Assembly (NCBI GenBank): GCA_963711255.1
Contig: CAVQDO010000034.1
Span: 10,553-74,552, forward strand
Direction: 5' to 3'
DNA length: 64,000 nt
DNA from: an uncultured Gammaproteobacteria bacterium
GTDB lineage: Bacteria; Pseudomonadota; Gammaproteobacteria; SZUA-229
The position numbers and the translations under genes were made by a program. Each line of letters starts with the position of its first letter. Position 1 is the first letter of the stretch. The notes below the pieces were generated by a model. It was given only the letters and a program-made list of their open reading frames with translations, did not search any database and was not told the origin of the DNA. Positions 40,337 to 49,628 of this stretch are shown piece after piece.

Positions 40337-41353
40337 TTAATAACCCTTGTCGATAATAAAGCCGCCGGAGGCATAAAACATCCGTTCATTTTTGGTGTTG
40401 CCATATAATATCCATTCATAACGTTTATTATGATGGATATTTGTGCCGTTGGTGGCATTGTCGGTTGTGCTGTCATTTTCGGTTAATTTGTTATCTATAT
40501 CCAGCTTGAATGTTGCGTAGTTATTTTCTGTGGTTTTCTCTTTTAAAACTGTTTTCCTGCCCTGGTTAAAAACCTGTATGCGCATTTTGTAAACGATTGC
40601 GTCTTCAACCTGTGGCCAGCTAATTTTGATTGTGTTTTCAGCCACTAACTCGATGCTGATATTATCAAATGGTTTGGTGGTTTTGCTATCGCCAGAAAAG
40701 AATCCAATGCCAGGCAATTTGCTGGTTTCTGTAAATTGAATGGTTGGGTCATCCTGGTAGCTGGCAATCATAGTCTGATTAGTATTAAAGCTGGTGACAT
40801 TTATGATCATCAGCAGTGCAATAAATATAGTGGCTGTTACCGCAATAGTTGCTGCAAATGGTGAATCAACGACAAATAGCTGTTCGAATAATGAGATCAA
40901 TTTACTTTTTAGTGTCATTGATTCACTGCTTGCATTCATGTTGTCTGTCGGCGCCATGCTACTGTCACTGGCTAGATCGGTTCGCAGAGACTCGGCATGA
41001 CACTGGTAATGCAGAGCGGCTTTCATGGCATCGGTATTATTTTCTATCAATTGTTTGACTGTCGTTATATCTTCCGCGCTTAATCTGCCCTCTATGTACT
41101 GACAAATCATTGCATGCTGTTCTGGTGTAAGCGTTGACTGTTCATTTATAACTGCGGCATTATCATAAAGAGCACGCATGGCGGTAAGCTGCTCCCTGCA
41201 ATCCTGGCAGTTAGCGAGATGATCGAGCAGATCATTATACTCATTGTTCGCCTTAGCTAGATCAGCCGGTGGTATTCTGGCAAACCCGCTCAAACTATTG
41301 TGATCTATATGCTGAGTATTCATTTTATTGTTTTGACTGTTCATGTTTATCAA
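40337..41353 (-). CDS. ZAS-family transmembrane anti-sigma factor
   Basis: N-terminal HxxxCxxC zinc motif (HLANCQDC), a central TM helix (IAVTATIFIALLMIINV) and a ~170 aa periplasmic domain. It is separated by 2 nt from the caspase gene and lies directly downstream of the sigma-like gene. Confidence 0.7.
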   Translation of the reverse strand: MINMNSQNNKMNTQHIDHNSLSGFARIPPADLAKANNEYNDLLDHLANCQDCREQLTAMRALYDNAAVINEQSTLTPEQHAMICQYIEGRLSAEDITTVKQLIENNTDAMKAALHYQCHAESLRTDLASDSSMAPTDNMNASSESMTLKSKLISLFEQLFVVDSPFAATIAVTATIFIALLMIINVTSFNTNQTMIASYQDDPTIQFTETSKLPGIGFFSGDSKTTKPFDNISIELVAENTIKISWPQVEDAIVYKMRIQVFNQGRKTVLKEKTTENNYATFKLDIDNKLTENDSTTDNATNGTNIHHNKRYEWILYGNTKNERMFYASGGFIIDKGY

Positions 41354-41397
41354 GAGACAGTATTTTTGTGTTTTTTTGAAAAAGATAATACATAAAT

Positions 41398-42318
41398 TTA
41401 TTTTAAAAAATTACCAAGTTTTGCCAGTGTTTTACGACGAAAATAATATAGCTGCTGCCGGTTTGTTTGCTCTGCCGGGATGCCCTTTTTAATACTTAGA
41501 TTCATCTTTTTTAAACTGTTGAGTACGATTTCTCCATCCATTTCATTAATAACCAGCGCTTCTAAAACAAACTGCTCAATTGCGTTGAGATTTTTCCAGG
41601 CGCCTGATAATCGTCTGCTATCTTCGCTTACATCAATATCAACGTCGTAACTTGCTGTTTCCGAATCAAGCCGGTTAGCTGAGTCTTCGTCAGTCTGAGA
41701 AAGCGATATGTTTTTATCTGCATTGAGTAAATGCAGTTTATTTCTTATGCTGAGCTGCCTGACAATTTCGCGGCTGATTAACCTGGTTTGTTCTTCGCTC
41801 TGTCCAGTGTCGTGGCTTATCTGCTCAATACTCAATTGTGAGCGTAAACCATAAAATACCGCGATGGCTGTTTTACCCAGGTTCTGTATATAGGCCGGCA
41901 CGTAAACTTTTCGTCCAAACCGCCAGTCTTTCCAGCGTTCGTAAAACGGCAATGAATTAGCAATAACGTAACAGTAATCGAACAGGCTGGCATTATTACT
42001 GGCCTGGTATTTTTTCAAGCGTTTACTACTGGCCAGATCGTCCAGCATCCATGTGTAGCTGCCATTGCCCCACTCACAGAATGGGGCATCTGCCGGCGGA
42101 GACCCAATGGGCTGTTTTAACGTGCATTTGAAGATGCTGCGGTTTTCTTTACAAAAACGTTTGCAGAAGCGGCTGCTTTGATAGTTTATTACCGGTTCAA
42201 TTAATTCATTGACCTTTTTCCTGGCAGATATTTCATTGTCAGCCGCTTTTCGAGCAAGCTCTAGCTGCTCATTATTTCGTTCAGTCTGGCTGAGCGTTGG
42301 CTTGGCTGATGAAGACAA
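41398..42318 (-). CDS. divergent ECF-like sigma-70 family protein with Cys-rich insert and C-terminal extension
   Basis: A region-2.1-like start (LELARKAADNEISARKKVNELIEPVINYQSSRF) is interrupted by a Cys-rich insert (CKRFCKENRSIFKC...FCEW). A region-4-like HTH (LGKTAIAVFYGLRSQLSIEQISHDTGQSEEQTRLISREIVRQL) is followed by a ~110 aa extension. Adjacent to a ZAS anti-sigma gene. Confidence 0.45.
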   Translation of the reverse strand: MSSSAKPTLSQTERNNEQLELARKAADNEISARKKVNELIEPVINYQSSRFCKRFCKENRSIFKCTLKQPIGSPPADAPFCEWGNGSYTWMLDDLASSKRLKKYQASNNASLFDYCYVIANSLPFYERWKDWRFGRKVYVPAYIQNLGKTAIAVFYGLRSQLSIEQISHDTGQSEEQTRLISREIVRQLSIRNKLHLLNADKNISLSQTDEDSANRLDSETASYDVDIDVSEDSRRLSGAWKNLNAIEQFVLEALVINEMDGEIVLNSLKKMNLSIKKGIPAEQTNRQQLYYFRRKTLAKLGNFLK

Positions 42319-42428
42319 TGTAATTCCTTCAGGCAGTGCTTAATCATAAAAAAGCATGACACTGCTTATTGTTTAAGTAAATAATACTGAGTGTAGTGAA
42401 TATTTCAGAAATTATTACTGCGTCCGGC

Positions 42429-44402
42429 CTATCGTGCTTCATATAAAAACCAGCCTTTAACCTGATTGTTACTGAGGCGGATGGCCAGTCCGTAATCGTC
42501 ATAAGCCAGGTATTCGCCTGATGTCATATTGAGTCGCCTGTCTGGAATTCCCAGTGCCTTAAAAGGACGGTCCGCTGAATCACCTATTTTAAGGCCACTG
42601 TTAGCAATGGATTTATCTGCTGTGTTTATTTCTGTTGATATGCCGTGCTGCCAGGCACCGATCAGCTTGCCATTATCCTGTGCGATATATTTTGCGCCAT
42701 CCACCAGGCTTACCTGGTAACGCTCACCATCTATCCATAAATCAGAGTGCTGTTTACCCGGTAGTGCATTATCACTCAAATTATCTCCAAGTCGTTTGCC
42801 GTTTACGGTAGGTGCCTGTTGCAACTGTTGTGTTTTAGCGATCCTGTTTTCGGGCGTTACCTGGTTTAATGACAGTCTGAATAACAGGGTGTTGCCCTGC
42901 TCTTTTGATTGTCGTGCAAGATCCATCCAGACTTTTTTTGCTTCTTCCTGTTGATTGATCGAGCGGTATAACTCGGCGAGGTTATAGTAGGCGCTATAGC
43001 GTAAAACATTGTCTGCCAGTGGTGATACGGTCGACTTCTCCTTTATCTTTTCAAGCAGTGAGGCTAGTGTTTCTATGGACTTTTTAGTGTTTCCTTCGAT
43101 GGCTGTGGTTAATGCCAGTAACATTTCAAGCGAACTGTCTTGACCAAACCGGGCTTCAAATTTGGGCTGGTACTGGCCCTGCAATACCCCGCGTGCACGG
43201 TAAGTGTTTTTCGCTAGCAGGTGTGCAGAGGCCAGTAATATATACGTTTGCCGATATTCTGGTGCCAGCCGGATCGCTTTTTCAAAATGACTAATGCTGC
43301 GAGTGAGCAGTTGTTTTTTGCGCTTGTTTAAGTTTGAGATCAGTTTTTCGTTATCGCCGCGTTTATTGTCCAGTAACACAGTTTCATTAATTTCAGCAGG
43401 CTGCGCATCAAGTATCATCGGGTAATAAAAATTAAATAACGGTGGCTTGCCATCACTGGTGATAATGGTATTCAGTTGTTTGTGTATGCGTTGCGCCTCG
43501 GCGAAATAAGTTAGTCCTATCGCACTAATAATTGCCCTGCCCGGGTAGTCGCGTCCATAACTGGTGAAATAATCTCTTGCCTGCTGGTAATCACCGGCAA
43601 CGAAAGACTGTACCCCGAGGTCGTATAACATTGATTGTGTAGCAACAGTATTGAGTTGTGCCTGCGTCCTTAACGCACGTGACTGCGCCTGTTTACAGGC
43701 ACTAACATTGCTATTTTGCATCTGTTTCTCTGCACAGGGCTGCTGCCAGATATTTTCGACCCATAAGGTAAAGAAATCTTTTTCAGCGACAACCTGGTAG
43801 GGATCAAAGCCGACACTGGCCATTAACACCAGGCCGTCATGATCGGCCTGCGCTTCTTTTTCTTCGAGTTGAGATAGCAGCTCGTCATTAAGGTCCAGGC
43901 CGGCCATCATTTTTTTCTGTGATTCTGCCGGATGTGAACCGATCATGCGAAAGAAACGCTGATGCCATAAATCATCTGCGCGCTGGTGTGCCAGCTCGTG
44001 AGCCAGGACAAAGGCAAGCAAATGTTCACCACGTTGCTGACCAAAGGAAAAACTGGTTTCTATTGCCTGACGGCTTAACAGGATGTTGCCATCAGCCAGC
44101 GAGGCTGCCCAGGCACCGGCTTCAGATTCGACAACATACAGCGCCGGTTCGATTCGTGATTGATCCCAGGCTCGTAATAACACGGAAAATATTTCCCGCG
44201 AACGGATTACATTCGGCTCATTTTCATCAATAGTGTATTTTTTCCAGTAGGTTATTGACTGTTTCACGTCTGCTGGCGGAATGAGTGAATCAGCCACTGA
44301 ATCGGCTAAAACAGGTGATGTTCCTGTAAATAGTATAAGCAGTATTAACAAAAGGTGATTTACAGGTTTGTTCATGGTGTTAGCAATGGTATTTATTTTC
44401 AT
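42429..44402 (-). CDS. secreted M48-family zinc metalloprotease with TPR repeats
   Basis: Signal peptide (MNKPVNHLLLILLILFTGTSPVLA), HExxH zinc motif (FVLAHELAHQ) and a C-terminal half rich in TPR-like helical repeats. Start at 44402 or 44375 is uncertain; the track gives 44420. Confidence 0.7.
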   Translation of the reverse strand: MKINTIANTMNKPVNHLLLILLILFTGTSPVLADSVADSLIPPADVKQSITYWKKYTIDENEPNVIRSREIFSVLLRAWDQSRIEPALYVVESEAGAWAASLADGNILLSRQAIETSFSFGQQRGEHLLAFVLAHELAHQRADDLWHQRFFRMIGSHPAESQKKMMAGLDLNDELLSQLEEKEAQADHDGLVLMASVGFDPYQVVAEKDFFTLWVENIWQQPCAEKQMQNSNVSACKQAQSRALRTQAQLNTVATQSMLYDLGVQSFVAGDYQQARDYFTSYGRDYPGRAIISAIGLTYFAEAQRIHKQLNTIITSDGKPPLFNFYYPMILDAQPAEINETVLLDNKRGDNEKLISNLNKRKKQLLTRSISHFEKAIRLAPEYRQTYILLASAHLLAKNTYRARGVLQGQYQPKFEARFGQDSSLEMLLALTTAIEGNTKKSIETLASLLEKIKEKSTVSPLADNVLRYSAYYNLAELYRSINQQEEAKKVWMDLARQSKEQGNTLLFRLSLNQVTPENRIAKTQQLQQAPTVNGKRLGDNLSDNALPGKQHSDLWIDGERYQVSLVDGAKYIAQDNGKLIGAWQHGISTEINTADKSIANSGLKIGDSADRPFKALGIPDRRLNMTSGEYLAYDDYGLAIRLSNNQVKGWFLYEAR

Positions 44403-44556
44403 GTATCGGAAGAGACACAAATAATCTTCATATTTGAATATTAAATTAATGGATTATTTTTCAAATTTTTAATTTATGCCTGTCTCTTTAGTATTGAAGA
44501 TTAAAAACCGGTAGTTATGTGATTTTAAGCATATGCCAGAATAATGGAGAAACAAG

Positions 44557-45982
44557 ATGAATATCGACAATTTTTTAATGCCACATATGAAAACTGCGGC
44601 GGCAAACTCAAAACAGGTACTCAGTGTGGTGTTGCTGAGCACTATGCTGGTTGCCTGCGGTGATGATGACAATAACACAGTTAATTCGAGTGTGCCTTCC
44701 CTTGACCTGGCGATCCCACAAAGTTTAACCGGTGGCCAGGCAACGATTGCAGCTAAATCAGAGTTGTTGTCTGCAGCTACTTCCGTCAATGCTTCATTGA
44801 AACTGGCAAAAGCTGGAACCGGGGAACCCTGTGCCTACCTCGGCAATGAAGACGATGATGACCCGTTCAGGAATGGCTATGAAACCAGCAAGTTTATGAT
44901 TTCAATAATGGCGTCATGGACTTGCATTGCAGACTTGATAATCGATGTTGCTACCTTTGTGCCTCACAATGGTGCGATTTTTGAAACTGAAAATGATAAT
45001 AACTCTGATGACTTTGAGGCTGATGAACCGACACATTATAGTGTTACTGATGAATCGGCTAGCCAGGTTACGGTTCGTCTTTATTATAACTACAGCCGTT
45101 CCCAGCCACCGATTACTGGTGAAAAAGCTCAGTTTTATATTTCCTGGAATGAAGCTGTCAATGGTGATATTGAAGGCAGAATGATTATTGATAGACTGGC
45201 TGTTGAATGGGATGATCATGATGTCGATGACCCGAACCATGATGCGCATGGATTTCAACTTTACTGCAGCAACAAAAACAGCCGATATGTTCTTACAGTT
45301 TGATGAGAATAATGCATGGGCAGATGGTTTTAGAATACAGCTGCAGAAGGATCTTGAAGCAAATCCATTGCTCAAGGTATTTGAGGCACGCGGTTTAATT
45401 AATATGAAAGCGCAATTTGTTCCAGTAGCGAATATAACGGAAGTTCCCGATGTGCAGTTATTTACCGTATCCGACGGTCTTGGTAATGGCGCATCCATTG
45501 CTGAATTTCAGGATATGTCCCTGCCCCTGGTACTGAATGCCGACCTGGATAACCACCTGGGTGATTATATTTTCACTAAAAAAGATGCGTATTATTTCGA
45601 GCATGATATGGACTGGGAATATATCAATAAAACCGTACTTTCATCTGAGTATCGTGGCAGTCGCACCACCCCGGAAACTGGCGGTAGCTGGATACCTTTT
45701 GATCCTTCGCTGGACCTGGTTGTAGGTGCGTTGTTACTGGATGTTGATTATTTTACTGGCACGCAATGTGCGGATATTGGCGACGACTGTAATGATTTGC
45801 TTAATGCTGTCTTTAACTTTACCGGCGGCTTTGCCGGTCAGGAAGAGAACCAGGGAACTAACCCACTCGACTGGCGGTCAACAGAACTGGATAATGCGGA
45901 GTATTTAACATCGGTTTATCCAAATGGTGTTGACTGGACGGGTGCTTTCGAGCATAGCTTTACTCCGCTAGCCAATCCATAA
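44557..45982 (+). pseudogene. Asp-rich lipoprotein gene split into two overlapping ORFs (44557-45303 and 45188-45982) by an apparent frameshift near an A5 run at ~45270
   Basis: The first ORF has a signal peptide and LVACG lipobox. The second frame is open from 45188 and continues with protein-like sequence to 45982. The two overlap by 116 nt. The true shift must lie near 45240-45300, where a CAACAAAAACAG run occurs. Confidence 0.45.
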
Positions 45983-46007
45983 TACAGCTTGGACGCCTGC
46001 TTTAAAA

Positions 46008-46040
46008 ACCCGGTGCATTTAAGTTGCACCGGGTTTTTTT
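46008..46040 (+). terminator. rho-independent terminator (ACCCGGTGCA-TTTAAGT-TGCACCGGGT followed by T7)
   Basis: 10-bp perfect GC-rich stem and T-run, directly after the stop of the preceding plus-strand gene. Confidence 0.8.
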
Positions 46041-46100
46041 ATGCCTGCGACTTTAAAATCCGATAATATAATTTCTTATTAATATAAAAGTACCTCTACA

Positions 46101-46490
46101 ATGATCACATACTTATACTGGTTTTCAATTATCGCCCTGGCCTCCGGGCTGCTTTATTTCATCGGTTACAAAGTTGAAGAATGGAAAATTGCTGTTATTG
46201 CCGGCATCAGCGTCATGCTTATCGGTTTTATCGCCTACCATTTTCATTTTCAGCAGGTTTTCGTCAAGCGATACGGCGGCGTGATGACGATTAAAGTGCC
46301 TGCAGGTGAAAGACACCTTGCAGCAACCTGGAAAGACGATAATCTGTGGATTGAAAATTATGATCCAGCCACAAATACCTGCCATTTCAGGGAGTATTCC
46401 CGTGGTAACCTGTTACAGGGCCAGGTATCAATAAAAAACTGTAACCCATTGACTCGTGTACCAGCCACGATGCCAGTGGTTGCGCCCTGA
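46101..46490 (+). CDS. small membrane protein of unknown function (2 TM helices plus soluble C-terminal domain)
   Basis: Two N-terminal hydrophobic helices; no recognisable family. Confidence 0.45.
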   Translation: MITYLYWFSIIALASGLLYFIGYKVEEWKIAVIAGISVMLIGFIAYHFHFQQVFVKRYGGVMTIKVPAGERHLAATWKDDNLWIENYDPATNTCHFREYSRGNLLQGQVSIKNCNPLTRVPATMPVVAP

Positions 46491-46512
46491 TCAAACAGAG
46501 AGATATTATATA

Positions 46513-47442
46513 GTGAACCGTCTAAAAGCCTGTAAAGTCATTTCATCCAGCCTGCTAATACTGTTTAGTTTACTGGCAGCTACAAACAGTGCCCTGTCAG
46601 CCCAGGCGCAATATTCGTCAAAAGATTTTTCACACTGGCTGGATGCTGCACGCATTGCGAACGCAACCTATCAATCAGAAGATAACCTGAAAGAAACGCT
46701 CGCCAGCCAGGGTTATGAAGTCGAACTGATTCAACAAATTGAAGGTTACTCGGTGGGCTTCGTTCTGGCGACAAATCATACCAGCAAGCAACAGCTCATC
46801 GCCGTGCGTGGAACCTCCAATATCGAAAATGTTCTGGTCGATGCGGCTTTTGTACTGGTACCCGACAAGCTTTCAGGCATTGATATACACCAGGGATTCC
46901 TGTTATCAGCCAGGGATATTTATCAGGCTGTTTCCAGCAGCTTGAAACCCGGTTACCAGATCAGGACAATTGGTCACAGTCTGGGTGGAGCTGCTGCAGT
47001 CATACTGGCGATGATGCTGGATGCTCAGGGTTATGATATTACTGAAGTTATTACTTTTGGTCAGCCTAAAGTGACCAATATCAGTGGTAGTCGACAATTT
47101 AAGCATCTCAATGTAACGCGACTGGTAACATTGAAAGATATGGTGCCGCTGGTGCCGCCACTGGATCCGCTGGAACTGATGAACCTGAGTATATTCTGGC
47201 ACCAGGGTACGGAAATCATTTTATATGACAATCAGCAGTATTCGGTACTGCAAGGCACCGACAGCATGATGCGGGCCCGTGATTTCTTAAATGACATACC
47301 CGGTGAAAAACATGTTAATAGTCACTTTATGAGTACTTATATCAAAAATCTTGAAAATAAGCTGGATTTAGCCGAGCAGGTTAAATATAAAAGTGACTTC
47401 AAACTGACAGACTGGTTTGGAAATACAAAGAAGGCGCAATAA
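46513..47442 (+). CDS. secreted class-3 (fungal-type) lipase family protein
   Basis: GTG at 46513 after AGAGAG. Signal peptide (LLILFSLLAATNSALSA). GHSLGGAAA nucleophile-elbow motif in a lipase_3-like context (...VRGTSNIENVLVDA...). Confidence 0.75.
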   Translation: MNRLKACKVISSSLLILFSLLAATNSALSAQAQYSSKDFSHWLDAARIANATYQSEDNLKETLASQGYEVELIQQIEGYSVGFVLATNHTSKQQLIAVRGTSNIENVLVDAAFVLVPDKLSGIDIHQGFLLSARDIYQAVSSSLKPGYQIRTIGHSLGGAAAVILAMMLDAQGYDITEVITFGQPKVTNISGSRQFKHLNVTRLVTLKDMVPLVPPLDPLELMNLSIFWHQGTEIILYDNQQYSVLQGTDSMMRARDFLNDIPGEKHVNSHFMSTYIKNLENKLDLAEQVKYKSDFKLTDWFGNTKKAQ

Positions 47443-47570
47443 TTAGTTTTTAATATTACCTTTCTAAAAAAATGCTGGCACTCACAGGTTTACCGGAATA
47501 ACATATGGCAGGTGCAGCGGTAATGTTTTTAGCCTGCACACTGGTAAAAATTAAACCTTGGAGTAAATGT

Positions 47571-48434
47571 ATGAGAGTTAAATATTTCACCTCCGCTGCA
47601 GCAGCGGTTGCGTTCGGTACATGCGCAATGGTGGCACAGGCGAATAATGGCAATATGAATCCTGACGGTAACTGGATGCCAAAGCAGCCAGAAAATCGTT
47701 ACTGGCAGGCACCAGACTGGTCTAATTATAATGTTTCACCCGGCAACAGACAGTCACGACAAACCCATACTCCACAGTCCGGGCCTGGGTATAACAATGC
47801 ATATCGCCCTGCTCCACCCGCTATGCAGCAGCCGCCAATGCAACGGTCTCAAGGACAGAGGCCACCCATGCAACAGTCTCAAGGACAAAGGCCACCCATG
47901 AAACAGTCACAAGGACAAAGGCCACCAATGCAACAGTCTCAAGGACAAAGGCCACCAATGCAACGGTCTCAAGGACAAAGGCCACCAATGCAAAGGCCAG
48001 CGCAGGCACCTGGCGCAGAGCGTCGTCCAGAGTTTAATCGTCCTGATTCGGCTGCAATGGCACCACCAGCAGCGAACATCAATCGTATGCCACCACCGCC
48101 TATGGGACCATACAACAGCGGCATGAGGGGCCCTGATAATGGCGCTTCTGCTTTTAATGTGCCTGGTTATAACCGTTACAGAAATAATCGCCGGGATAAC
48201 AATAAATTCTGGGGACGCAGCGGCCCGAGCAAGTGGATGAACCCGAATAAAATGAACATGGAACGGGGCTGGGACGATATGATTAATGCACCAAGTCGGA
48301 TGGGCGAAATGCCCGGCGGCTGGACAGCACCTGAAGTCAGCGTGCCTAATCCAGTGGATATGGGTGATCAGATTCAGGAAAACCTTGAAGACCTGCCAGA
48401 GCAGGTACGCGATATGGATGTTGGCGATAACTAG
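47571..48434 (+). CDS. secreted Pro/Gln-rich repeat protein ((P)PMQ(Q/R)SQGQRP decapeptide repeats)
   Basis: ATG at 47571 with GGAG 9 nt upstream. Signal peptide (AAAVAFGTCAMVAQA). About seven tandem copies of a 10-aa unit, then Pro/Gly/Asn/Met-rich low-complexity sequence and an acidic C-terminus. Confidence 0.65.
   Translation: MRVKYFTSAAAAVAFGTCAMVAQANNGNMNPDGNWMPKQPENRYWQAPDWSNYNVSPGNRQSRQTHTPQSGPGYNNAYRPAPPAMQQPPMQRSQGQRPPMQQSQGQRPPMKQSQGQRPPMQQSQGQRPPMQRSQGQRPPMQRPAQAPGAERRPEFNRPDSAAMAPPAANINRMPPPPMGPYNSGMRGPDNGASAFNVPGYNRYRNNRRDNNKFWGRSGPSKWMNPNKMNMERGWDDMINAPSRMGEMPGGWTAPEVSVPNPVDMGDQIQENLEDLPEQVRDMDVGDN
47841..47990 (+). repeat. five near-identical in-frame 30-bp tandem repeats (CAACRGTCTCAAGGACARAGGCCACCMATG)
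   Basis: Counted directly; copies differ at 1-3 positions (R/Q/K codon). Confidence 0.9.
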
Positions 48435-48465
48435 CCAGAAAAATCCACATTATTTATGAATAAAT

Positions 48466-48495
48466 AAGCCCTGCAATGCGGGGCTTATTTTATTT
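48466..48495. terminator. hairpin (AAGCCC-TGCAATGCG-GGGCTT) followed by a T-rich run, between convergent genes
   Basis: Stem-loop plus ATTTTATTT, read from the sequence; 6-7 bp stem. Confidence 0.45.
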
Positions 48496-48500
48496 GCGCC

Positions 48501-49274
48501 TTAAAGTGCTTTAAGCCATAAGGTAATCTTATGACAAACCCACTCCTCATCATCCAGTGGAATGTCGTGACCGGCAGTGTCATGTATTTCAATGGGTAAT
48601 TGCCAGTGCTCGGCGAGTGTCAATGAGCATTCCGGGCTAACCATCTGGTCAGCCATACTGGTGAGTAGCAGCATTGGAGTGACTGGCCGCTGCTCCGGAA
48701 CATTAAATCGCATCGCCGCAATGAGTTGCCTCAAACCATTACTGGCAGACACCGGATACTGCCTGGCATAACTTACCCATGCTTCTATGATATCAGTGCT
48801 TTTACTATTATCACTGGCGGTAGTATTAGATACCATTGACAAAATTCTACTTTCATTATGGTAAATGTTTTTTGCCAGCATTAATGATTTGAGAATTACA
48901 GGGTAATTCGCCGGCAGCAGCCGTTGATAGAATGGGTTCAGGCCACGCAAACTGGTGCTGATTAATACAGAACCGGCGCATTCATCAGGATAGCGTTTCA
49001 TCCATTCAATAGCGACCATGGCACCTAGTGATAAGGCAAGAATAAATACCGGTTTCTCTATTGATTGTTGTTCTATTGATAGTCTAATGTCCTCTACCAT
49101 TTCACGAATGCTGATCGCGCTTTTTTCTTTATAGCGATGACCGTTACCGGCAAAATCATGCAGGTATAATTTATCGTCAGGCAGGTGTGATTGCAGAATC
49201 GTTGCAAAATTTCCCCAGTGCCTTTGTTCACGCATTAAACCACGCAACAATATCCAGGTCCGTTGCTTCGGCAT
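48501..49274 (-). CDS. alpha/beta-hydrolase fold esterase
   Basis: 257 aa; HG oxyanion region (LLRGL) and a GxSxG-like nucleophile elbow (ALSLGAMVA). Confidence 0.7.
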   Translation of the reverse strand: MPKQRTWILLRGLMREQRHWGNFATILQSHLPDDKLYLHDFAGNGHRYKEKSAISIREMVEDIRLSIEQQSIEKPVFILALSLGAMVAIEWMKRYPDECAGSVLISTSLRGLNPFYQRLLPANYPVILKSLMLAKNIYHNESRILSMVSNTTASDNSKSTDIIEAWVSYARQYPVSASNGLRQLIAAMRFNVPEQRPVTPMLLLTSMADQMVSPECSLTLAEHWQLPIEIHDTAGHDIPLDDEEWVCHKITLWLKAL

Positions 49275-49628
49275 TGCAGGTTACTCCTGGTGAGATATAT
49301 TTTCCATAATCGGATCAAGTTCACATAAATAATAATAGCAGTACATGCACTGACATGTTAATAAGTTGGAGAATCCCGTTAAATAATAATAAATTCAATA
49401 GCTTGTCATTTTAAGTTAAAGCTGGTTTGTGACGCCAAAAAGCCGTCATTATTTAGATATTATCTATCATTTATCAGATATTACACTATGCTTATACAAC
49501 TGGAGATAGACATCCAGTTGTAGTTACGCACCATAAAATGTAAATAGAGTTCTACTGCGTACAATAAATTTATTACAGGGAGTATAAATTTGTAATAGGT
49601 GAAAAAATAAAATATTGCTGCATGTCAC

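Noticed and set aside
46456-46512. Track start of the lipase ORF at 46456, overlapping the previous gene
   Set aside because: The upstream extension precedes the signal peptide and overlaps 46101-46490. GTG at 46513 with an AGAGAG upstream is the more plausible start.
47841-47990. Possible CRISPR array (regular 30-bp repeats)
   Set aside because: The repeats are directly tandem with no spacers and lie in frame within a signal-peptide ORF. They are coding decapeptide repeats, not CRISPR.
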